A stretch of DNA of 32,000 nucleotides from Pirellulaceae bacterium (GCA_963805875.1 CAWDWE010000002.1:136039-168038), one strand, 5' to 3'; shown: positions 19,540 to 28,288, counted from the stretch's first letter. The notes: generated by a model from the letters alone, not told the origin. A program made the numbers and translations.

Positions 19540-19605
19540 ACACTAGCCCGACGCGTAAGCGAGGGAATCCGCGCGGATTCCCTCGCTTACGCGTCGGGCT
19601 AGTGT
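19540..19605. repeat. perfect 66-bp palindrome ('ctagcccgacgcgtaagcgagg' family, copy 1)
   Basis: acactagcccgacgcgtaagcgagggaatccgc (19540-19572) is the exact reverse complement of 19573-19605. It lies between the sucC start and the stop of the NtrC-type regulator. A second, diverged copy is at 28399-28460. Confidence 0.9.
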
Positions 19606-19627
19606 GCTAGTAACGCCGATCGCCGCC

Positions 19628-21003
19628 TTACGCCCGCGCCCCGTCTTCCAACCCCAACCGCTTCATCTTTTTATAAAGCGTCGTGCGGTTGATGCCCAGC
19701 GCGTCGGCCGTTTCGTTGCGGTTCCAACTGTGCCGCTCGAGCGCGTCGAGGATGATGCGGCGTTCGGGGCCGGAGAGGGCGTCTTTGAGCGACTGCTGGC
19801 CTTGCGGCTCGACATAAACGGGCGCGTCGGCGGTGAGGTCGGGCGGCAGGTCGCCCATGCCGATCACGTCCCCTTTGCCCAGCAGCACGGCCCGCTCGAT
19901 GACGTTCTGCAGCTCCCGAACATTGCCCGGCCAGCGATAGCGCTGCAAAGCGGCGGTCGCTTCATCGCTGAAGCCGCGAACTTGCTTGCCGGTCTCTTCG
20001 CAAACCTCGCCGAGAAAATGCTTCGCCAACAGCGGGATGTCGGAGAACCGCTCCCGCAGGGCCGGCAGTTCAATGTTGATCACGTTGACGCGATAAAAAA
20101 GGTCTTGCCGAAACGTCCCGTCGGCGACGCGCTTGGTGAGGTCTTCGTTCGTCGCCAGAATTACGCGCGAGTCGACGTGAAACGTCTTCGTGCCGCCGAC
20201 TTGCTCGAACTCGAATTCTTGCAACACCCGCAGCAGCTTCACTTGCAAGCCGGGCGAGGCGGTGCCGATTTCGTCGAGGAAGATCGTGCCGCCATCAGAC
20301 TGCTTGAACTTGCCGATCTTGTCGACCGACGCGCCGGTGAACGAACCGGCGACGTGGCCGAACAGCTCGCTCTCTTGCAATGTCTCAGGCAGCGCCCCGC
20401 AAGCGACTTCGACGAATGGCCCGCCGCGGCGCCGCTGCGGCGATGAATGGCCCGCGCGATCAGCGATTTTCCCGTGCCGCTTTCGCCGGTGATCAGCACG
20501 GTCGCCTTGGTGTCGGCGATGCTGTCGACCATGTCGTAGATCCGCAGCATGCGGTGGTCGTGGCCGACGATGCTGTCCATGCCGAATCGCAGGTCGAGTT
20601 GCTCTTTGAGTTGCTGGTTCTCTTCCATCACGCTCCGCTGCGAGAGCGCGCGCTGGATGGCCATGTTCAGTTCTTCGTCGATCAGCGGCTTGGTGAGCAG
20701 ATCGAACGCCCCCGCCCGAATCGCCTCGATGCCCGTCTCGACTGTGCCGTAGCCGGTCAGCAGGATAACTGTCGCGTCGGGATGATGCTCGCGGCAGTGG
20801 GCCAGCACGTCGAATCCGTCGCCGTCGTCCAGGCGAATATCAGCTCAGCACCAGATCGAACGACGTCTCTCGCAATTTCGCGATCGCCTGCTGGCAACCA
20901 TCGGCCGCCTGCACCTGATATCCCTGCTCGACGAGCCAGGCGGCCATCGACTCCCGCAGATGACGATCGTCGTCAACCAACAATAGTGATCCGTTATTCA
21001 TAG
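19628..21003 (-). pseudogene. NtrC-family sigma-54-dependent response regulator (receiver + AAA+ + Fis HTH) with two apparent frameshifts
   Basis: Three ORFs join into one protein. The receiver is MNNGSLLLVDDDRHLRE..FDLVLS (20840-21003), and the frame changes at about 20842, where an extra T breaks the expected DLVLSDIRL. It continues [32 protein letters not shown], with a second frame change at about 20415-20440. It then continues ..[63 protein letters not shown] (to 19628). Confidence 0.85.
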
Positions 21004-21588
21004 CCTGCTTGTTCCTGCTCGCCTCGGAGATATCGCGGATTCCGATGGCATGTTGGCAGCGGCGCCGGGGAGCGGGCAACACTGTGGTTTGGGTGATTGG
21101 GTAATTTGCAGAAAATAGGAGTTGGCTTCTGTCGTGAATATCTACGTCACAGGATGCCTAGGGTCAACAAACGAAGCGAAACGGAAACATCGACGGAAGT
21201 CTTTGCCAGCTATGAAGTTCGGTCGTATCGACACGTCCGCCAAGACCGGCCGATTCGGTTAGTGCGGTTCTCCGCAAATTCACGTTCGTTCCGACCGCGA
21301 TACTGGTGGGCACCGTATTTACAGTTACTATTAGGGGGAGGATGACTGGGCGGAGGGAGGGCGGATACCCCCATTTGCCTGTCATGCTTTCCACCGTTCT
21401 TTTTCACGCACTAGGAGTCTATCCCACCCGATTGAGGTTTTGCTCGACGTTTCCAGTAGGGGAATGTTCATCCAGGTTGGCCGCGGGAGGCCGCCCGGCG
21501 TTTCCTTGGGGAGCTGAGGACAGACGAGAGGCCAATCGGATGGCAGCCATCGGACTTCCGTGCAGACGCCTTAGTCGAGGAGGCTTTC

Positions 21589-22227
21589 ATGGTCGCGAGA
21601 ATTAAAGTGGTCGTCGCGGATGACCATCCCATGGTCCGTAGCGGTTTGCATAGTTTGCTCGAGGGGACGAATATCGACATTGTCGGCGAAGCGACCGACG
21701 GCGATGAAGCGCTCACGCAAACGCGAAAGTATCATCCCGATGTCCTGCTGCTTGATATCCGCATGCCGGAGAAAGATGGCATCGACGCTCTGGGGCAGCT
21801 CAAAAGCGATTCGCCGAATACCAAAGTCGTCGTGCTTTCGACGTACGACAACCCCACGTATGTGGCCCGCGCGGTGGCGCTGGGCGCTTGCGATTACGTG
21901 CTGAAAGGCAGCCCGCGGGAGACACTCGTCACGGCAATCACCAACGCCGCCGCCGGTCAAGCGCCGCACGCCGACAGCGTGCTACAAAAGGTCAAAGGGG
22001 CGATGGCCAAGCGTTACGACGCGGACAACCACGACACTCCGCTGACTAACCGTGAAATGCAAGTGCTGCGACACGTTGCGCTCGGTCTAAGCAACAAGGA
22101 GATCGGCACGTCGCTCACTATTTCTGTCGAGACCGTCAAAGAGCACGTGCAGAACATCCTCCGCAAGATCGACGCCACCGATCGCACGCAAGCCGCTGTC
22201 TGGGCCGTCCGCACTGGCCTGGTTTAG
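21589..22227 (+). CDS. NarL/FixJ (LuxR-type HTH) response regulator
   Basis: GAGGAGG Shine-Dalgarno 6 nt upstream of the ATG. Receiver domain (KVVVADDHPMVRSGL..DVLLLDIRMPEKDG..VVVLST) and a C-terminal LuxR HTH (LTNREMQVLRHVALGLSNKEIGTSLTISVETVKEHVQNILRKI). Confidence 0.9.
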   Translation: MVARIKVVVADDHPMVRSGLHSLLEGTNIDIVGEATDGDEALTQTRKYHPDVLLLDIRMPEKDGIDALGQLKSDSPNTKVVVLSTYDNPTYVARAVALGACDYVLKGSPRETLVTAITNAAAGQAPHADSVLQKVKGAMAKRYDADNHDTPLTNREMQVLRHVALGLSNKEIGTSLTISVETVKEHVQNILRKIDATDRTQAAVWAVRTGLV

Positions 22228-22236
22228 CAGCGCGAA

Positions 22237-22273
22237 GTAGGACGGATTGTACTGAAGCACAAATCCGTCCTAC
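22237..22273. terminator. hairpin between convergent genes (possible bidirectional terminator)
   Basis: 12-bp perfect stem gtaggacggatt (22237-22248) / aatccgtcctac (22262-22273) with a 13-nt loop. It lies between the stop of the NarL-type gene (22227) and the stop of the 22270-23100 gene. There is no clear U-tract. Confidence 0.4.
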
Positions 22274-23100
22274 ACGGTCGTCGCCGGTTGATGCAACAGC
22301 GCGAGCAGTTCATCGGCTCGCCCTGTGGACAGAAGTTCGTCCACGGTTTGCGCCCATTCGTCGTTGAATCCCACAACGACTTCAGAATTGTCGAGATCGA
22401 CAACCTTCGCCTGCATTTGCTTCGCGCAATGCTCGGCGTCGAGCTTATCCTCCGGCGCCGCCATCAGGCGAAACGCTCGGGCGGGCGAGTGCTTCAAGCC
22501 GGTGGAAAAGTGAAGCTGCTCGCGGCGATCCGGCGGCAGTACATTAAACAGCCGATCGAGCCAGATCCGCAAGTTGTCGCCGCTACGTACAAGCACGTTT
22601 CCCTCGGCTGCAGCACACGCCAACTGCAACACCTTATGGCGAGTCGCTGCATCGCCCAGCGGATCCAAGAGCGCCGCCAGCGCGGGCGACGCACGTCCGC
22701 GCAACTTAATCGGCGGCAAGTCCTCAGAAAATCGCCGCATCACCCGCAAGTGTCCCGCGGCGACCACCGCGTCGAGCAGGCGGAACGGCTGATGGGCGAA
22801 CCGCTCGAGCACGTCCGCCGTCGCCAGCAAAAACGTCGTGTACACCTTCGGGCCGCCTCGCCCGCTGTACTCGGCTCCGGCGGGGACGGACTTCGAGACG
22901 CAAAAGGTTCCATCGCTTAAGCGATGAAAATTGATGCTCCCGCTGCGGGCGTCCGGGCGTAATAGCGAATCGTGCGCCGGCGCCCAAGCGGTCAACTCCT
23001 CCGCCTGCTCCGTCGAAACGCCGCTGCTGGTGGCCACCAGGTGGTAGCCGTCCATGCGGTCAGTGCGGGCGGAGGTGAAGATGGCTTGTTCTACGAGCAT
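22270..23100 (-). CDS. hypothetical protein translationally coupled to the GTPase; possibly a GAP1-like GTPase-associated protein (276 aa)
   Basis: Its start overlaps the upstream stop (TAATG). The N-terminus, MLVEQAIFTSARTDRMDGYHLVATSSGV, resembles from memory the 'Q-x-x-[YF]-T-S ... G-[FY]-x-x-x-A' opening of GTPase-associated (GAP1-type) proteins. The rest is not recognised. No TM segments. Confidence 0.6.
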   Translation of the reverse strand: MLVEQAIFTSARTDRMDGYHLVATSSGVSTEQAEELTAWAPAHDSLLRPDARSGSINFHRLSDGTFCVSKSVPAGAEYSGRGGPKVYTTFLLATADVLERFAHQPFRLLDAVVAAGHLRVMRRFSEDLPPIKLRGRASPALAALLDPLGDAATRHKVLQLACAAAEGNVLVRSGDNLRIWLDRLFNVLPPDRREQLHFSTGLKHSPARAFRLMAAPEDKLDAEHCAKQMQAKVVDLDNSEVVVGFNDEWAQTVDELLSTGRADELLALLHQPATTV

Positions 23101-24014
23101 TATTTCAGTTGCTCCACCAACCAGCTAAACGGCTCCACAATGCCGCGCGGCTCGATCCGCAGCGGCGTCTGCGAAAACGCCCCGCCGTCGCGATCGCCAT
23201 CGGCACACGCCCCGGCCACACCGCTGGCGAAGAACTTGTGCCGGCGAAAGCGCTCCTGGCACTGTTGCCACACGCCCGGCGCCTGCTTTCTGGCAAAGGC
23301 CGCCGGGTCGTCGAAACATTCTTCGCATTGATCCGACTTGCTGAAGATCATCGCCACCGGGCGACTCGGCCAGCCGGTCTTGCGATCGTTGTCCAGTTCC
23401 ATCAAGTAACTGAGTATCTTCATCGTGAAGAAGTCCTGGTCCTGATGCCCGGCGGCGATGCGGGCGGCGTCGACCAGCACAATCACGCCGGCGCACTGGA
23501 GCAGCAGCGAGCGAATCACCGGGTACGAATTCGGATGATCCGCCTCGTGCAAAATTGTCTCGCCCGCCATATCCGGCATGATGAGTTCCAGCGGGCGTTT
23601 GCGGGCTTTCATCCGCACCTGGCAATGCACCCAATTCCAGCGATCCGGCTCGTTCGGCGTTTTGGCCGGGAATTCGCAGCGCGATAGCGCCTTCATCGTG
23701 TTCTGTTGCAGCGTGATCGAAAACGCGCCGCGAGCGAGGATTTGCAGCCGCGAATCCTGCCGCGATAGCATGTCGGTGAGCATGCCCAGATAAACCGTCT
23801 TCCCCGCGCCGGTCGAGCCGATGCAGGCGACCATCTGCGGCTGGATGTGCTGCGTGTTGGCTTGATGCGTCAGCGCCATCGGAGCGTAGCAGTGCCGGCA
23901 CAACTCCGCGTCGAACGTGTTCGGCCCGTCGCAGACGTAGCACGGCACTTGCGCCGTGTACTGCGCCAGGCGATAGGAGTCCAACGGCACGATGACGTTG
24001 CTGGTGTCGTTCAT
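23100..24014 (-). CDS. zinc-ribbon-fused small P-loop GTPase (304 aa)
   Basis: N-terminal CxxC..CxxC (CYVCDGPNTFDAELCRHC). G1/Walker A is IGSTGAGKT (23796-23819), G3 is IMPDMAGE (DxxG), and the G4-like motif is FSKSD. The ATG directly abuts the TAG of the upstream gene. Confidence 0.75.
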   Translation of the reverse strand: MNDTSNVIVPLDSYRLAQYTAQVPCYVCDGPNTFDAELCRHCYAPMALTHQANTQHIQPQMVACIGSTGAGKTVYLGMLTDMLSRQDSRLQILARGAFSITLQQNTMKALSRCEFPAKTPNEPDRWNWVHCQVRMKARKRPLELIMPDMAGETILHEADHPNSYPVIRSLLLQCAGVIVLVDAARIAAGHQDQDFFTMKILSYLMELDNDRKTGWPSRPVAMIFSKSDQCEECFDDPAAFARKQAPGVWQQCQERFRRHKFFASGVAGACADGDRDGGAFSQTPLRIEPRGIVEPFSWLVEQLK

Positions 24015-25232
24015 CTACACTTCCTCGCAAACAAGTTCGTGTTCAGCGGGTACGTCGCTCGCCGTCTCGGCCGCCGCGCTGCGCAAATCGCACAGGCCGA
24101 TCGCGCAGCGAAATCCGATGTTGTGTTTCCGCGCCAAAGGGCTGTCGCCGCTTTGGAATTGGCAGGTCGCCTGACTCTCAAAATAGGTGTCGAAAGCGCC
24201 GCCGCGGAGACTCTTGAGCGAAACGTCCGGCTCCTGCCCGCCCGCCCAGCGATGCCACAGCCCGAACGAATCGCCGGTCCATTCCCAAACATTGCCGACC
24301 AATTGATAGACGCCGGCCACGCTCGCCCCGGCGTCGAAGTCGGCGACCGGACAAGTCCGCCCCAGGCCGGCGCTCCAGATGTTCGCGCGATCCGGTTCCC
24401 AGGCGTCTCCCCAGGGATAACGCCGTTGCTTGGGCAAGCTGCGCGGCGTCGGCATCGGCCAGCAGCCCGCCTTGACCCACTCTGCATCGCTCGGCAGGCG
24501 CTTGCCGACCCAGCGGGCATAGGCGCTCGCTTCGTGCCAGGAAACGCCGACGACCGGATGATCATCCTCGCCGCGCGGGTAGCTGCCGTCCTTCCAATAG
24601 TGCGGCCCCGTCTGCCCAGTGAGGTCGGTAAATCCGAACACGGCCGGCCAGATGTTGGCGTCCCAGAGGGCCATCTGTTCGTAACCGCCGGCTTCGATAA
24701 ATTGCTTGAATTGGTGGTTGGTCACCGGGTGGCGGTCCAAGAGCACGGCCTCCACGCGAACGACCTGCCCGGCCGACCGCACAGGGCGTTCGTCGGCGTC
24801 GCGGTCGTCGGGCTGGCTCATGAAGACATCCCCTTCAGGAACCATCGCCATGTGCTCTTCCAGCGCGGCGTTCGCCTGGGCGACCTGTTCTTTGGACAAG
24901 TTGGCGGCGACCTGCGGCCGCATCAATAGGGCGTAGCGGCTCTGCCAGAGCATCTCGCCGACGAGGTCGTTGGGATCGCCCGGCGGCTTGCGCGATGCGG
25001 CCTTTGAGCGTATTGCGATTACCGTATGCTGCTGTTCCACCGATTCGTTGGACGCAGAGCTGCGACGCTTCGCACTTCGGGCGGTCCAAAACGTCCACGC
25101 CAGCCCGGCCAGCGCGACGACACCGCCCGCGGGCATCAGCCACGCGCTTTCCGCTTGCGTTCCCACCCAGCATAGGCCCAGCCCCCCCAGCAATCCGGCC
25201 CCGCCTAGGGCGACTCGCGTGAATGTTTTCAT
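24015..25232 (-). CDS. membrane-anchored FGE-sulfatase (SUMF1-like, C-type-lectin-fold) domain protein, probably non-catalytic (405 aa)
   Basis: Two N-terminal hydrophobic helices (ALGGAGLLGGLGLCWVG; GGVVALAGLAWTFW). FGE-domain signatures: LDRHPVTNHQFKQFI, HPVVGVSWHEASAYARWVGKRLPSDAEW, GNVWEWTGD, LRGGAF, NIGFRCA. The canonical catalytic 'C-H-x-S-Y-C' pair after RGG is absent (RGGAFDTYFESQATCQFQ). GAGG Shine-Dalgarno upstream. Confidence 0.85.
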   Translation of the reverse strand: MKTFTRVALGGAGLLGGLGLCWVGTQAESAWLMPAGGVVALAGLAWTFWTARSAKRRSSASNESVEQQHTVIAIRSKAASRKPPGDPNDLVGEMLWQSRYALLMRPQVAANLSKEQVAQANAALEEHMAMVPEGDVFMSQPDDRDADERPVRSAGQVVRVEAVLLDRHPVTNHQFKQFIEAGGYEQMALWDANIWPAVFGFTDLTGQTGPHYWKDGSYPRGEDDHPVVGVSWHEASAYARWVGKRLPSDAEWVKAGCWPMPTPRSLPKQRRYPWGDAWEPDRANIWSAGLGRTCPVADFDAGASVAGVYQLVGNVWEWTGDSFGLWHRWAGGQEPDVSLKSLRGGAFDTYFESQATCQFQSGDSPLARKHNIGFRCAIGLCDLRSAAAETASDVPAEHELVCEEV

Positions 25233-25274
25233 GATCGTATGCCTCGCTCTGTCTGTCGCTACTTCGAAGACGAT

Positions 25275-26237
25275 TTATTGCAGTTTCCGCTTCCGCCTTT
25301 GCGCCACGTCCTTTTGCAGCTTCGCAAATTGTTCCATGATCGAATCGACCACCGGCTCGGCGGGCGGCGGCGGGCTTTCGCGCTGTGGCGCCGGCGATGC
25401 GACGGTTTGTTCGCTCGCGGCAGTGCGCTCGACCGTTTGCCGCGACCAGCCGCCGGCTTGCGTGTCGATGATTTGCCGCAGGTTTTTCAGTTCCACCGAC
25501 CAGAGCGCCTGTTGGTGTGTCAACTGATCCTTCTGTTCCGCCAATGCTTCAGAAAGCTCCGCGGCGCGGCGGCGGACCATTTCCAGTTCCGTTTCTAAGG
25601 CCACGCGCTCGTGGTCGGAATCGGAGTTCGATACTTCCTTGTCCAATTGATCGATTTGCTCTTGGAGCTCCAAAATCGTCTTTCGCGATTCGGAAAGCTG
25701 CGTCTGCGTGCTGGCGAGTTGCTCGGTCGCGTCGGCTCGCCGGGCCAACTCGTCGCGGCAGACGTCCAGGCGCTGCTTCAAATCGTCGCGCTGCTCTTCG
25801 AGCTTTGCCACGACCGCCTGCAACTGCCCGCTGTTTGGATCGTCGCCGGCGCTGGCGCGGGCTAAGGTGATGTCGCTGCGGACGCTGTTTAGCTCGGCGG
25901 TGAGTTGTTCCAACTGCTGCTGCATCAGTTGCTTGATGTCGTCGTTCTGCGAACTGCGTTCTTGTAGCACTTGCTCGCGTTCTTCAAGCCGCGCCTTGCG
26001 CAGGGCGATTTCGGATTGCCGCTGCGAAAGCCGCGTGCCCAATGCTTCCATGGCCGCGAACGATGACTCGACGAAGCTTTCCAATTGGCCGCGCTCCTCG
26101 CGCAGCCGTCGCAGCGTCTCGGCGATGAGGGCCACGCCGGGAAGATTGTGCAGGTCGATGTTGGGTAGTTCTAAGCTGGCTTGGGACACAGAATTAACCT
26201 GTTGATCGCGAAAAGGCACAGCGGGCTTCGGCGACAT
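25275..26237 (-). CDS. coiled-coil protein (320 aa), first gene of the GTPase operon
   Basis: About 230 aa of heptad-like Glu/Gln/Leu/Arg-rich sequence (..LEEREQVLQERSSQNDDIKQLMQQQLEQLTAELNSV.., ..ILELQEQIDQLDKEV..). The tail is Pro-rich and then basic (..MEQFAKLQKDVAQRRKRKLQ). It ends 42 nt upstream of the FGE-domain gene. Confidence 0.7.
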   Translation of the reverse strand: MSPKPAVPFRDQQVNSVSQASLELPNIDLHNLPGVALIAETLRRLREERGQLESFVESSFAAMEALGTRLSQRQSEIALRKARLEEREQVLQERSSQNDDIKQLMQQQLEQLTAELNSVRSDITLARASAGDDPNSGQLQAVVAKLEEQRDDLKQRLDVCRDELARRADATEQLASTQTQLSESRKTILELQEQIDQLDKEVSNSDSDHERVALETELEMVRRRAAELSEALAEQKDQLTHQQALWSVELKNLRQIIDTQAGGWSRQTVERTAASEQTVASPAPQRESPPPPAEPVVDSIMEQFAKLQKDVAQRRKRKLQ

Positions 26238-26422
26238 ATTTCAAGATGAGGGTGCAAAGTCTCGCCACGAAAACTTTAGGTCAACATTTGCCACCCGGCA
26301 AAAAGAGGCCCGCCGGCAGCCGGCAGAATCGACACGATCGCCCCACGTGGAGGCAGGCGGCCCGCCTGCCTCATCTCAGCAAGATGGAAACCGCAGGCGA
26401 GCCGCCTGTGGCCACCCTTAAC

Positions 26423-26487
26423 GGGAGGGCGAGGCTCCTGCCGAGCCGCCGAGCGTCAGCGAGGCTCCGCGGGAGCGTCGCCCTCCC
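26423..26487. repeat. GC-rich palindromic repeat(s) in the mtaB / operon intergenic region
   Basis: 10-bp arms gggagggcga (26423-26432) / tcgccctccc (26478-26487) enclose duplicated gcgaggctcc motifs. A separate palindrome, gaggcaggcgg-c-ccgcctgcctc, lies at 26350-26372, and a small hairpin cggc-aca-gccg at 26491-26501. Confidence 0.7.
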
Positions 26488-26509
26488 AAACGGCACAGCC
26501 GTTCGTGTC

Positions 26510-27799
26510 TCAAGACAGAGCCGATAGCAAACGCGAAGAAATCCGCCCATTTTCGGCGGACTGGGTCACAACTTCGACTAGCTGCCCCACCCGCGAAGGA
26601 TCACCGGCGACAACGACCGGCGCGTAGCGGCAGGCTGTCCCCTGCAGATAACCGGCAGAATCGTCGCAATCACGCTCGACTAGCACAGTCAGCCGCCGGC
26701 CAATGAGCCGCCGAAAATACTCGTCGCACAGCTCGCGTTCTAACTCGGCCAACCGCCGCCCCCGCTCGGATTTCACCTGCTTGGAAAGCTGCCCCGGCAT
26801 TTCAAACGCCGGCGTGCCGCGGCGGGCGCTGAAGGGGAAGATGTGAATCTTCGAGAACCCAACTCGCCGAGCCACGTCGCAAGTGGCGGCGAACTCTTCC
26901 TCCGTTTCGCCGGGAAAACCGACGATGATGTCGGTCGTAATCGCCGGTTCGTCGAGCGCGTCTTTGAGCAGATGGCAGCGATCAATAAACCGCTGGCTCC
27001 CCCAGCGCCGCCGCATCCGCCGCAAAACCGTGTCGCTGCCGCTTTGCATCGAAATGTGCAAATGAGGGCAAACCTTTTCGGGATGCTCCGCCATCACCCG
27101 AATCAACTCCCGCGTGACTTCCGTTGCTTCGATGCTGGACAAGCGGATGCGAAATTCGCCCGGCAAAGCGGCCAGCCGTGCGACGAGCGTCGCCAAGCGA
27201 ATCCAGTCGTCCTTCGTCCGCCCACGATTCCATTCCACCCCGTAGTGCCCCAAGTGAATGCCGGTCAGCACGATTTCCTTGTAGCCATTCGCGATGAGCC
27301 GCTCCGCTTCGGCGACAATATCCTCGATCGGCCGGCTGGCCAGATTTGGCCGCACGTGCGGGATGATGCAAAAGCTGCACCGCAACAGGCAACCGTCTTG
27401 CACCTTGATATACGCCCGATGCCGGTCGCCGAACCCGGAAATCCCCGTCGGCACGTTGACCACGCCGAACCGCCCCAACAAATCCGGCAACTCGCGCTTG
27501 TCCGTCACTACCTCGACGACATTGGGCAGCTTCGCGACTTCGTCCGGCGCCCGCGTGGCGTAGCAGCCCATCACCACGATCCGCGAATCCGGGTTATCAC
27601 GGGCCAACCGCCGAATCACCTGCCGGCTCTTCGAATCCCCCTCGGACGTGACCGTGCATGTATTCACGACGCACAAATCAGCCGCGTCGCCTTCCTGCGC
27701 ATCCGCATACCCGGCCGAAACCAGCCCTTCGCGGACGTATTCGGTTTCGTACTGGTTGACTTTGCAGCCGAGGGTGACGGTTTTGAGCGTAGCGGGCAT
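26510..27799 (-). CDS. mtaB: MiaB-like radical-SAM tRNA methylthiotransferase (MtaB type)
   Basis: N-terminal UPF0004 domain (TLGCKVNQYE..CVVNTCTVT), radical-SAM CxxxCxxC (GCLLRCSFCIIP), SGSDTVLRRMRR, and a C-terminal TRAM-like region. I place the start at ATG 27799, with GAGGGG upstream. Confidence 0.9.
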   Translation of the reverse strand: MPATLKTVTLGCKVNQYETEYVREGLVSAGYADAQEGDAADLCVVNTCTVTSEGDSKSRQVIRRLARDNPDSRIVVMGCYATRAPDEVAKLPNVVEVVTDKRELPDLLGRFGVVNVPTGISGFGDRHRAYIKVQDGCLLRCSFCIIPHVRPNLASRPIEDIVAEAERLIANGYKEIVLTGIHLGHYGVEWNRGRTKDDWIRLATLVARLAALPGEFRIRLSSIEATEVTRELIRVMAEHPEKVCPHLHISMQSGSDTVLRRMRRRWGSQRFIDRCHLLKDALDEPAITTDIIVGFPGETEEEFAATCDVARRVGFSKIHIFPFSARRGTPAFEMPGQLSKQVKSERGRRLAELERELCDEYFRRLIGRRLTVLVERDCDDSAGYLQGTACRYAPVVVAGDPSRVGQLVEVVTQSAENGRISSRLLSALS

Positions 27800-27928
27800 G
27801 GCCCCTCGTGGCGACAAGCTGCCAGCTTATCAGCCCGGTGTGGGAAACGGGTTTGGAATCGCGAATGAAATGCTTCAAACAGCCAATTCGTATCAACAAT
27901 GACGAGTCTGCAAGCTGGCAGCTTGCGA

Positions 27929-28288
27929 CTACGTAACCTCCGGCTCAATACTCGCGGACATCGACCCCTTGCACCGCGCAATCAACTTGTCCGCCCCAAA
28001 GGCGTGAATCTGATCGCGTTTGAGTTCCGCGTGCTCGCGGGTGGTGGTCAAAACAACCGCCCTGCCGGAGCTGTCGACCTCCTTGGCGATTTGGAAGCCT
28101 CGCTGCTCGGCGTGATGAAAAAGATCCTGCATCATGCGGATGACGTAGTCGAAGCTGTGGTCGTTGTCGTCCCACAGTACCACGTGATAGCGGGGCTGAC
28201 GCTTACGCTTTTCGTCGTTTTTTTCCTTGCGCCGCTTCTCGGTCACGTCCTCGGGCACGGCGACGGCGGCTGCGGATTTCTCGGCCAC
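27929..28288 (-). CDS. clpS: ATP-dependent Clp protease adaptor ClpS
   Basis: Core YHVVLWDDNDHSFDYVIRMMQDLFHHAEQRGFQIAKEVDSSGRAVVLTTTREHAELKRDQI is typical of ClpS. It has a basic, Lys-rich N-terminal extension and a GTG start at 28288. Confidence 0.9.
   Translation of the reverse strand: MAEKSAAAVAVPEDVTEKRRKEKNDEKRKRQPRYHVVLWDDNDHSFDYVIRMMQDLFHHAEQRGFQIAKEVDSSGRAVVLTTTREHAELKRDQIHAFGADKLIARCKGSMSASIEPEVT

Noticed and set aside
4159-21003. Programmed ribosomal frameshifting or phase variation as the explanation for the split genes
   Set aside because: The breaks occur in unrelated genes including sucC. They lack slippery heptamers or downstream pseudoknots, the homopolymer runs are only 3-7 nt, and the same pattern appears in the foreign AT-rich segment. 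Technical indels explain this better.
21308-21323. GGCAC-N5-TTACA upstream of the NarL-type regulator
   Set aside because: The -12 element has AC instead of the near-invariant GC, and no other support exists.
23125-24929. Long alternative-frame or antisense ORFs (23125-24030 minus, 23847-24929 plus) across the GTPase and FGE genes
   Set aside because: They are Arg/Ala/Gly-rich shadows. The chosen frames carry P-loop, DxxG and FGE-domain motifs.
24015-25232. Possible diversity-generating retroelement target, since FGE/lectin-fold C-termini are classic DGR variable regions
   Set aside because: The window contains no reverse transcriptase gene, and I saw no template repeat matching the 3' end of the gene with A-specific mismatches.
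26253-26267. Sigma-54-like TGGCGA-N4-TTGCA (minus strand) just upstream of the coiled-coil gene
   Set aside because: The GG-to-GC spacing is one nucleotide short of the invariant GG-N10-GC. It is worth re-checking only if an indel is found here after polishing.
26843-27868. 341-aa plus-strand ORF opposite mtaB
   Set aside because: It is a shadow ORF. The minus strand has the radical-SAM CxxxCxxC motif and the full MtaB architecture.
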